A stretch of DNA of 64,000 bases. Source: Pecten maximus (taxonomy: Eukaryota). Positions 54,429-64,000 of the stretch are shown here, in pieces. Positions within the stretch are counted from its first letter, which is position 1. Each line of letters begins with the position of its first letter. The stretch covers positions 13,082,001 through 13,146,000 of the forward strand of contig NC_047015.1 in NCBI RefSeq assembly GCF_902652985.1, written 5' to 3'. The notes under the pieces are model-generated. The model saw nothing but the letters and a program-made list of their open reading frames with translations, was not told the origin of the DNA and made no database searches. The position numbers were made by a program, and so were the translations under genes.

Positions 54429-55070
54429 TTAAATCTTCGAAAACATTCCTTTGAATGAGTTGAGTATCCGTGTATGAAATGGTGCCGTGTCCTGTTTTTT
54501 TAACTGTTGGTCACCTGACCCAAAGAATGCTTGGCGTGTAAACTTCCTGCCCAGTTGGCACGAGAGCCAGTCTTGAACATGATCCAATCCTTCACCTGTT
54601 GTCGCAATCACTGGGAATATCTCGTATGTATTAGAAAGTTTGTCCAAATCTAACGTCTGGCGAACCTCTTCTAAAGTCAGTGGCGTCCCTTCCCCCGCGC
54701 TTCTTTGATTGACGAGCACTGCTAGTATAGCATTGGCACAACCAATGGCCGAAAAGTAGTGGAACCCAAGTTTGGCATATGCCATGTGATTTGGTGGACC
54801 TCGATCGTTTACCACGTAGATCACAGCATCTATGGTACGGTAGTATGCGGATATTCCACCCGGACAGCGGGTACCGAACATGTTCCAGCTGACAGCTTGT
54901 ACCCGGTCTCCAGAGAGAGCCTCGAGTCTACAGTCCTCATCTGTGATCCTGTCGGTGATATTCCCCAAGCTAAGATTGTGTAGTATAGACGTTTTGCCTG
55001 CCCCATCGGGTCCTATTATCAGCACTGTCACTTTTCTTGACACCCAAAGTTTCCCGAAGACTTTACCCAT
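54429..55070 (-). CDS. ADP-ribosylation factor-like (ARF/ARL) small GTPase, atypical, intronless, 213 aa
   Basis: Starts MGKVFGKLW (Gly2 myristoylation-type N-terminus). P-loop IIGPDGAGKTSILHNLSLG; YYRTIDAVIYVVND; ILAVLVNQ; IFPVIATTGEGLDHVQDWL. Minus-strand AATAAA at ~53951-53956. Confidence 0.85.
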   Translation of the reverse strand: MGKVFGKLWVSRKVTVLIIGPDGAGKTSILHNLSLGNITDRITDEDCRLEALSGDRVQAVSWNMFGTRCPGGISAYYRTIDAVIYVVNDRGPPNHMAYAKLGFHYFSAIGCANAILAVLVNQRSAGEGTPLTLEEVRQTLDLDKLSNTYEIFPVIATTGEGLDHVQDWLSCQLGRKFTRQAFFGSGDQQLKKQDTAPFHTRILNSFKGMFSKI

Positions 55071-55652
55071 GTCTTTACACAATCATTTCACGGTATTAAA
55101 CCGTTAAATGAAACGTCATTTCTATTTTTAGTTCTGATTAAGAACTTCGAAATGTTTACTAACATTAGACATGGCAGACAGAAATCGGATACGAACCAAA
55201 AACCAGTCACTGATATTGCAGACAGCCTAGTCGGGAACACGATAAAAAGAAGAAAAATCATAAAACCAGTGGTCAACTAAACTATGTTTTCGTATAAGTA
55301 TGTTGTGGTTACCTCCCTTCAAATGCTGTGAAGTGGACACCCGTCGATCGATATCCTATCGGTTTAGGGCGTTGGTTAATCCTATTGATGTGAATTCATC
55401 TTTTATTCTCTCCACGAACCAAATTGACAGAGATGTCGATTTTCAAACACTCTAATAAGTAGTTGACACTTATATTATAAACTGATCGCCAACAAAAATT
55501 ACAAGAGTTTGATTACTAAGAAACTGCTGAAAACTTCCAACACGCTATAGGGGTATTTAATGTAGCTTGTATGGTTTAAAAATACCTCCAAATTTCGAAC
55601 AACTTAAAGGTCCAAGTACATCGTTATAGCGTCGTATTACGTACCTAATAAC

Positions 55653-55990
55653 TATGGCGCGGGAAGGATGTCATAATTAAATATTTTTGCCTAGGCAAAA
55701 ATCGAATATTGCTTAGGCAAAAATATTTCAGCCTAGGCAATATTCGATTTATGCTTAGGCAAAACTATTTCTGCCTAGGCAAAAATCGAATTTTGCCTAG
55801 GCAGATATCGAATTTTGCCTAGGCAGAAATCGAATTTTGCTTAGGCAGATATCGAATTTTGCCTAGGCAAAATTATTTTTGCTTAGGCAGAAATATTTTT
55901 GCCTAGGCAAAAATCGAATTTTGCCTAGGCAAAATTCGATTTCTGCTTAGGCAAAATTTTTTTTAATTTTGACATCCTTCCCGCGCCATA
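55653..55990. mobile_element. Foldback MITE with 6-bp TSD and internal ~21-bp palindromic repeats
   Basis: Perfect 21-bp TIR TATGGCGCGGGAAGGATGTCA; AATAAC on both flanks (55647-55652 and 55991-55996); about 13 GC(C/T)TAGGCA units. Confidence 0.9.
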
Positions 55991-56042
55991 AATAACGGCC
56001 CAAAAACTTAACAAACATGAGATCTAGCTATAGCAAGTGTAC

Positions 56043-57006
56043 AAACAAGAGGCACAAGGAGTCTGTATCGCTCATATGGATATTTCAGTTATTGGGCCCC
56101 ACCCTCAGACTTCAGGAGTTCAGATCCACCATATATACAAAGTTGCCTTCACACTCTTAGACCAAATTTAGAGAAAACCCCTTAATCCCAAGAGAAGAAG
56201 GATGTTAAAACTATTCCTCCATGTCATCAGCTGGGTCCTACCCCTTTAGCACCAGGAGATCAGACCCATTGTTTACACAAAATGAAGTTCCCTTCACTCA
56301 AGGGTCCTTCAAACCAGATTTGGACAAAATCCTATTATTCCTACAGAAGAAGAAGGGATGAAACTATTTGATAAATTCCTTCTATTTGGTCCCATCTCTT
56401 AAGCCCTAAGGGAGTCACGCATCCCGTTTATACAATATAAGATCTCCCTCACCCAATAATGCTACCGACAAAATTTGATAAAAATCCATTTAGTCGTAGC
56501 GATTTAAAGAATTTACTTCCATTTCCCTCACTTGGCCCCGCCTGCAGACCCCCTTAGGTCAGACGACACCATTTAATGAATGCAAAATTGAGCTACATTC
56601 ACACAAGGATGATCGATCTTAATCAAATTTGAAATTTCTTTCCGATAGAAGGATTTTAAAGCTATTCCTCTATCTCTCCTGTTTGGCACCACCCCTCCCC
56701 GAAGCATTTTCTGCTCCGTTTCTTCTAGGACAGGGAAGTCTCCATTCATGCAACACTGCACCTACTTCAGCCAACAATGCTCTCTCATGGGTTGCCCTAT
56801 TGGACCCAGCTGCTCGAATGCCGAAAGGTCAGACCCACCATTTATTAAAAAAATAATTAAAAAAAATGAGTTGCCTTCACACAATATGAAGCAATGTCTA
56901 TTCAGATTTTCAGGACTTCAAAATAATTTAAAGGAAATGTTGGCGGACGATGGACGCTGCGCCATGGCATAAACTTACCGGTCTTTTGGACCAGGTGAGC
57001 TGAAAA
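56043..57006 (-). mobile_element. Old HINE / pearl-like element with degraded ~150-bp cores
   Basis: AAACAAGAGGC...TCGCTCA at the left end; GGACG microsatellite remnant and CCGGTC...GACCAGGTGAGCT stem at the right end. Confidence 0.7.
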
Positions 57007-57586
57007 CTGAAAAGGAAAAAAATGAACACCTCTTTGACAAAACCATTTTATTGCTAATGTGTCGGGGTGATGAAATACAGGATTTATACAAGGTACACGT
57101 GTGGATTTAATCTACGTTCCGATTGAGTCCAAATCTATACATACGTAACCCTAACAGTTAACCACGATGTCACAAGGGCATGTTAGCGCGTGAGGCGAGA
57201 CGCAGTTAACGGTCCATTATTTACATGTGCGACTAGGATTCCCTATCACCCCAGCATGGTAATCTCGAAGTTCCTGCCGTTGACAAAACATACTGTCAGC
57301 CACCAGTCAGCGTACCGTCCACGTAAAACTCAACATCTAGGGTTGGCTCGTCTGCTCCGGAGTGGAGACCGAAGTGTTCAGGGACGTCTGGAAACAAAAC
57401 AGCCAGCTGTGTACTTATATACGATTTCACAATAAAGATTGGATAGAACATAACCTTACTTTTCTCCTACAATATTTCTCAACAATAACGAAGTTTATCA
57501 CATAGCTTACTTTAGAATACAATGCGATTCTAGCCCATCGTATCTTGGAAAGTAAATATACAATGTATATGTATTATACCAGAACA

Positions 57587-58907
57587 AAACAAGAAGCCCA
57601 AAAGACCTGTATCGCTCACCTGGTTGGATATGATTGGCTGGATTGATTTATTTTGTTTAACGTCCTAACAGCTAAGGTCATTTAAGGACGGCCTCCCGTG
57701 CGTGCGACATGCATGCGTGTGTTGAGTGCGTATGTGTTTTGGAAGGCTGCGGTATGTTCATGTTAAGTCTCCTTGTGATATGACCAAACGTCAAAATATT
57801 GTTTAATTTGTTGATAGCTTTATTTGGTGATGTCAAAAAAATGCTATATGGTTATAGGGAAAGGATCTAAATTGCTTCAACGATAAAACCCAGAAACGAA
57901 GTCCAGAAGTGGGGTGTGTGAAAAGACCCCGTGGATTGCTTTTACAACATGATTGTGTTTAAAGACAGTGCGTCCCGTGGGCTGGGGAAAGACCCCTGGG
58001 CTTATTTTTATATCAGAATTGTATTTATCTCTTTATGCCCAGTAATGCTTTACATGGTTATGGAGTCAGGATCTCAATGTTTCAAAGATACCACAGAGAA
58101 ACTACATGTCATTATAAATCTTTAGGGGTGGAGAAAGACCATGATTGTGTTTATCTCCTCATCCCATGATGTTACCAGACAAATATGAGTGACATCAATT
58201 TCCTAATTACAGAGAAGTCGTTTATATCAATTCAGCCAAATCGACCCCTTTTGGCACCACCCCTCAGGCCCCCGGGGGTCAGCCCCACAATTTGCACAAT
58301 TTTGAATCCCTACTCCATAGGGGTGCTACCAGTAAAATATGAGCAATATCCATTGCTTAGTTTCATAGAAGAAGAGGTTGATATCAATTTACCTCGCCCC
58401 TCAGGCCCCCAGGAAGGGGGTGGGGTCAGCCCCACCATTTGTACAATTTTGAATCCCCTACCTCATAACGATGCTATCAATCCAAAATGGGCAATATCCA
58501 TTGCTTATTTTCATAGAATTAAGAAGTCGTTTATATCGATTTAGCCAAATCGACACATTTTGGCCCCGCCCGCCCCTAAGGCCCACCTTTTGTACAATTT
58601 TACACTTCTATAATGATGCTACCAGAGAAATATGAGCGATATTCATTGCTTTGTTTCAGAGAAGAAATCGTTTATATCAATTTAGGCAAATTGACCCCCT
58701 TTGACCCTGCCCTTTAGGCCTCTGGGGTCAGCCCCATCATTTGTACAATTGTGGTCAAATCTCCACCTTCTAACGATGCCACAAGTCAAAAGTTGTTTAA
58801 TTCAAATCAGTGGTTATGAAGAAGTCAATTTGCTTAAAAGGAAGGACGGCGGACGCGACGGTATGGCATAAGCTCGCGTTGGTCCTTCGGACCGACTAAG
58901 CTAGAAA
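57587..58907 (-). mobile_element. HINE / pearl-like element with internal cores and a nested SINE fragment at ~57641-57780
   Basis: AAACAAGAAGCCC...TCGCTCACCTGG end; repeated GGGGTCAGCCCC...TTTGTACAATTTT cores; GGACGGCGGACG and GGTCC...GGACC stem; inverted SINE tail TTTAACGTCCTA..CAGCTAAGGTCATTTAAGGACG. Confidence 0.7.
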
Positions 58908-59096
58908 GTGGAAACTCTGTACAATATTAGTCTAGAGATTAGGATAATGGACTTTTTGTATATGCTGGTACATTGTTTTCTAGTTTTCTATGCTTTTATC
59001 GAGGTTTAAGTGATTGAGCTTTTTGTATAACGATGCCACCCTACATTTTTAGTTACTTACCTATAAACGTTTCCGCTCGATCTAGTCGATGACCCT

Positions 59097-60008
59097 TCAT
59101 CTGGCGGCTCCCCACGCCTGTGTGGATAAACTGACTTCCTTCATGCCAATCTGTCGATGTCGACTTGGGAGCAAGTCCGGTAGAGGACGCTGTAGCGTCT
59201 CCGAGAAAAGAAGTCCAGAGAATCCAACTATTGTCATCAGTACTCCGTACCCGATATAAGGCAAAGTATAATGGAAGTTCTGAAACCAACGTCGCATATA
59301 GTATCAAAGCTAAGTAGGTTACATCAAACTGGATCAATCCGTGGATATTATCTAGGTATCTGATCATTGTAGTTATGTGTGATTGAAAACACTGAAAGTG
59401 GTGTGAGTTCTCACTGTATGACGTGGGAGTCAATGTTGAATTTTGTTAGTATCAATGAAGTCAATGTGTGACGTTTGAGCATCAATGAAGTGACTGTGTG
59501 ACGTGTGAGCCAATGTTTAATTTTGTTAGAATCAATGTAGTCATGTGTAACGTGTGAGCCAATGTTTAATTTTATCAGCATCAATGTAGTCACTGTGTGA
59601 TGTATGAGCCAATGTTTAATTTTATCAGCATCAATGAAGTCACTGTGTGACGTGTGAGCCAATGTTGAATTTTATCAGCATCAATGTAGTCACTGTATGA
59701 TGTGTGAGTTAATGTTGAATTTTGTTAGTATCAATGAAGTCACCGTGTGACGTGTGAGCCAATGTTGAATTTTGTTAGCATCAATTAAGTCACTGTGTGA
59801 CGTTTGAACCAATGCTAAATTTGTCGATAAATCTATTAAGTCACTGTGTGACGTGGAAGCCAATGTTGAATTTTGTTAGTATCAATAAAGTCAATTTGTG
59901 ATTTGTTGACACTTTGACTTGCTTACCTTCGTGAAAACGGAGAGGATCTGTCTGCCCACAGCACAGCCAATCACTCCAGACATTATCCCAACCGACGTCC
60001 CCATACAC
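59097..60008 (-). CDS. 3' end of an SLC22 / organic cation transporter-like MFS gene: coding exons 60008-59927 and 59279-59097 (exon continues to donor after 59061), further exon from 57387 to poly(A) signal at ~57047-57052. Upstream exons not found in the window
   Basis: Spliced frame (R)CMGTSVGIMSGVIGCAVGRQILSVFTK/NFHYTLPYIGYGVLMTIVGFSGLLFSETLQRPLPDLLP fits SLC22 TM11-TM12 and the LLPETxGxPLP signature. Strong acceptors (TTTCCGTACAG, TTGGTTTCAG, TTTTGTTTCCAG) and GTAAG donors. Confidence 0.75.
59411..59900. repeat. 50-bp intronic minisatellite, ~10 units
   Basis: Unit TCACTGTGTGACGTGTGAGCCAATGTTGAATTTTGTTAGCATCAATGAAG, filling most of the SLC22-like intron. Confidence 0.9.
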
Positions 60009-60254
60009 CTGTACGGAAATCATACACACACGCATATATATATATACAAGTGTACATACATGTATTTAATTATATAGCATTGTTCAATCCTTAGGGAAGT
60101 ATGTCATATTTCTGTGACTAGAAAAGAAGATAGCTCTTCGATTGCATTGCATGAATACATAGATTTTATTCTGACAAAAGTAGGAAATAACATTCTTTTG
60201 ACAGTCAGCTTTGTAATGGATAATGTATTAAATTGAAACATTCACAGTACGATT

Positions 60255-60990
60255 TTTTTAAAAATAATTGTTCTGTGGTTGATTTTCCCAATGTTCGTCC
60301 AACTTATATTCAAATGCCTTGACTGTGTTTGCATTTACTACTATTGAACGGGAAAGTGTTCCATACATCAACAGTTCTGTGTAAACGAATATTTTCTAAC
60401 ATTTAATCTCGAAAGTTTTTTATAGGTCATGCCCCCGTGTCGAGGACCATTCCTGATTTTAAAAATACACTTTACAATGATATTTCCTGGATAGTATTTT
60501 GTGGACCTCTATCATATCGCCACATGATCTCCTATATGCTAGTGTTGGTAGATTCAGTTTTTGTAATCTTGCGGGATATGGTAAGTCCTTCAGCCCAAGT
60601 CCTTCAGCCCAGGATTTTGTTTTTGTTGCTCGACGTTGAACATTTTATATCGTTTTGATGTGTTTTTTTCGAGATGAGGGTTCCAAACTTGATTCGCATA
60701 CTCGATATGTGGTCTCACCAAAGTTGTGTACAACAATTTAAAACTATGCAGGCTCATGTATTCTATTGTTTCCCGTAAAATTCCTGTTATCGACTTAGCT
60801 TTTTTTCATCATTTCACATACTAATTATATCTTTATCAATTGATTAATTATTTTCTATTGTGACGCCGATGTCTTTTTCGAGTTCACAAATTCTAGTACT
60901 CCTACAATCCCTTGAGGTTGTAACTAATTTGATCTATACTTGAATTCCCCACGAACCTCATTTTGCATTTCTCTGGATAGACCATATTTC
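60255..60990 (-). mobile_element. CR1-clade LINE ORF2 3' remnant (frameshifted)
   Basis: Minus-strand peptides EKDIGVTIEN, LVRPHIEYANQVWNPHL, GDMIEVHKIL, TRGH, RTVDVWN and VNANTVKAFEYKLDEHW occur in the order typical of the CR1 RT C-terminus. Confidence 0.85.
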
Positions 60991-61297
60991 TATTACAAGA
61001 TAAGTTAGGTATTTGACTGCGATGGACCCTGCTGCCTTCCATGGTCATACATACTCGGTGTGATAAAATCACACATGGTGCGTTTCCATGACGAAATCAA
61101 CGGTTAATTAGCCGACGATTTGATGTCATAATTATAAATGAAGTCTGCGTTGCAGACAATGGCGACGACACTGGATTCTTTCATATTGGGATATTGATAA
61201 AAAGAGAAATGCGGACATATTGAAACGTGAATGATGGTGGAGGGTACATTACTATGGCAATGAAAACAGGTGTTACAGGATGTTAGCGCGAGATGGG

Positions 61298-61496
61298 ATT
61301 ACCATGCACAAGGGGGGTTACCATGCACTAGTGAAAAATTACCATGTACGAGGGAGGGATTACCATGCAAGAGGGAGGAATTACCATGCACGAGGATGAT
61401 TAACATATTTCAGGAAGGAATTAATGCACGAAGGATGAATTACCATGCACCAGGGAGAAATTACCATGCACTTGCCACTTTTGGGGACAAGGGCTA
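61298..61496. repeat. ~21-bp-period TTACCATGCA repeats ending at a possible DNA-transposon terminus
   Basis: About 7 TTACCATG(C/T)A motifs, then CCACTTTTGGGGACAAGGGCTA; no matching opposite TIR found. Confidence 0.5.
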
Positions 61497-61539
61497 TGCG
61501 TCGTAGGAGGGCACGGCTCCGGCTTTACAGATGTCTTCA

Positions 61540-62030
61540 TCAAATCTCATTCGCGAAGATTAAACAACAGAGAAGCCAATGGATGCCACATCTGTACGAA
61601 AACGTACACATTGGAGTTACAATTCGACTGTTTTGATCCGGATTGGTATGCTTACATTTCATATGTTTAACTAGGTACCGTTTTGGAAGAAAACATTTGT
61701 TGCACCTGTCACACTGGATTTTCCGATGTTTCGTTTCAGAACATGAATGGCCAAGTAAGGTTTTGAGATTCTTTGAACTTTTATTACATTTGGTAGTTTC
61801 CAGTGAGTGGCTTCTTATAGGTCTTACAAGTGTATAGTTATCCTTACAAACGTGATTACATTGTGAACATGAATAACCTTTGTCACCGTGTTTGAATTTT
61901 ATATGAGACAAAGTCGACTTGAAAGTTTTTCCATATTTTTGACATATTTCTTTGGGGTGTGTCTCATGTTTACGTTAGATATGTTATTAGAGGTAAACTT
62001 CTAGCGTGAAGGATTTCCCGCAATGAGAGT
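61540..62030 (-). pseudogene. Decayed C2H2 zinc-finger coding segment
   Basis: HCGKSFTLEVYL*HI*RKH; CSQCNHVCKDNYTLVRPIRSH; CDRCNKCFLPKRYLVKHMKCKH. In-frame stops and lost Cys/His ligands. Confidence 0.7.
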
Positions 62031-64000
62031 ATTGGTGTTGGATACCATCATGATTTCCCTTAATGACAACATTAGTGTTGGATACCATCATGATTTCCCT
62101 TAATGACAACTTCAGTGTTGGATACCATCATGATTTCCCTTAATGACAACATAGGTGTTGGATACCATCATGATTTCCCTTAATGACAACTTCAGTGTTG
62201 GATACCATCATGAGTTCCCTTAATGACAACATTAGTGTTGGATACCATCATGATTTCCCTTAATGACAACATAGGTGTTGGATACCATAATGATTTCCCT
62301 TAATGACAACTTTAGTGTTGGATACCATAATGATTTCCCTTAATGACAACTTCAGTGTTGGATACCATCATGATTTCCCTTAATGACAACATTAGTGTTG
62401 GATACCATAATGATTTCCCTTAAAGACAACATTGGTGTTGGATACCATCATGATTTCCCTTAATGACAACATTAGTGTTGGATACCATCATGATTTCCCT
62501 TAATGACAACATTAGTGTTGGATACCATCATGATTTCCCTTAATGACAACTTCAGTGTTGGATACCATCATGATTTCCCTTAATGACAACTTCAGTGTTG
62601 GATACCATCATGATTTCCCTTAATGACAACATTAGTGTTGGATACCATCATGATTTCCCTTAATGACAACATTAGTGTTGGATACCATCATGATTTCCCT
62701 TAATGACAACATTAGTGTTGGATACCATCATGATTTCCCTTAATGACAACATTAGTGTTGGATACCATCATGATTTCCCTTAATGACAACATTAGTGTTG
62801 GATACCATCATGATTTCCCTTAATGACAACATTAGTGTTGGATACCATCATGATTTCCCTTAATGACAACATTAGTGTTGGATACCATCATGATTTCCCT
62901 TAATGACAACATTAGTGTTGGATACCATCATGATTTCCCTTAATGACAACTTTAGTGTTGGATACCATCATGATTTCCCTTAATGACAACATTAGTGTTG
63001 GATACCATCATGATTTCCCTTAATGACAACTTAGTGTTGGATACCATCATGATTTCCCTTAATGACAACATTAGTGTTGGATACCATCATGATTTCCCTT
63101 AATGACAACATTAGTGTTGGATACCATCATGATTTCCCTTAATGACAACTTTAGTGTTGGATACCATCATGATTTCCCTTAATGACAACATTAGTGTTGG
63201 ATACCATCATGATTTCCTTCAGTAACAACATTGGTGTTGGATACCATCATGATTTCCCTTAATGACAACATTAGTGTTGGTACCATCATGATTTCCCTTA
63301 ATGACAACATTAGTGTTGGATACCATCATGATTTCCCTTAATGACAACATTAGTGTTGGATACCATCATGATTTCCCTTAATGACAACATTAGTGTTGGA
63401 TACCATCATGATTTCCCTTAATGACAACATTAGTGTTGGATACCATCATGATTTCCCTTAATGACAACATTAGTGTTGGTACCATCATGATTTCCCTTAA
63501 TGACAACATTAGTGTTGGATACCATCATGATTTCCCTTAATGACAACATTAGTGTTGGATACCATCATGATTTCCCTTAATGACAACATTAGTGTTGGAT
63601 ACCATCATGATTTCCCTTAATGACAACATTAGTATTGGATACCATCATGATTTCTCTTAATGACAACATTAGTGTTGGATACCATCATGATTTCCCTTAA
63701 TGACAACTTTAGTGTTGGATACCATCATGATTTCCCTTAATGACAACATTAGTGTTGGATACCATCATGATTTCCCTTAATGACAACATTAGTATTGGAT
63801 ACCATCATGATTTCTCTTAATGACAACATTAGTGTTGGATACCATCATGATTTCCCTTAATGACAACTTTAGTGTTGGATACCATCATGATTTCCCTTAA
63901 TGACAACATTAGTGTTGGATACCATCATGATTTCCCTTAATGACAACTTTAGTGTTGGATACCATCATGATTTCCCTTAAAGACAACATTGGTGTTGGAT
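62031..64000. repeat. 40-bp satellite, ~49 units, continuing beyond the window
   Basis: Unit ATTAGTGTTGGATACCATCATGATTTCCCTTAATGACAAC, highly homogeneous; variation mostly in the first 4 nt. Confidence 0.98.

Noticed and set aside
55071-55082. Longer ARF-like N-terminus (MCKD...) from the ORF track
   Set aside because: Uses a non-ATG start; the ATG at 55070 gives the canonical Met-Gly start.
55688-55960. Regularly spaced palindromes resembling CRISPR or iteron repeats
   Set aside because: Spacers are ~11 bp and reused; the array is enclosed by TIRs and a TSD, so it is a MITE interior.
62031-64000. CRISPR-like appearance of the 40-bp array
   Set aside because: Units are contiguous with no unique spacers, there are no cas genes, and the context is eukaryotic.

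Overview
AT-rich animal genomic DNA with spliceosomal introns. The repeat families (Helentron-type non-autonomous elements with ~160-bp cores, tRNA-derived SINEs) suggest a bivalve mollusc; this is an inference. The core of the window is a head-to-head gene pair sharing a ~350-bp promoter region. RPS14 is on the minus strand (5 exons, 150 aa). ZSWIM8, the Cullin-RING substrate adaptor for target-directed miRNA degradation (TDMD), is on the plus strand (22 coding exons, ~1857 aa, long AU-rich 3'UTR). Further right are an intronless ARF-like GTPase with degenerate G2/G3/G4 motifs, the last exons of an SLC22-family transporter, a CR1 LINE remnant, a decayed C2H2 zinc-finger segment, and a 40-bp satellite that runs off the window and appears to derive from the zinc-finger coding sequence. 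The first ~11 kb hold minisatellites and unidentified exon-like pieces, including a probable orphan terminal exon. Introns carry many MITEs, SINEs and HINEs. There is no CRISPR array or prokaryotic-type system. The best leads are candidate regulatory features of ZSWIM8 (miR-190 TDMD-like site, poison and cassette exons, transposon-duplicated donor), the satellite's origin, the atypical ARF and a second open frame across the SLC22 3' exons. Gene models were built by eye from GT-AG signals and reading-frame phase; no database search was run.
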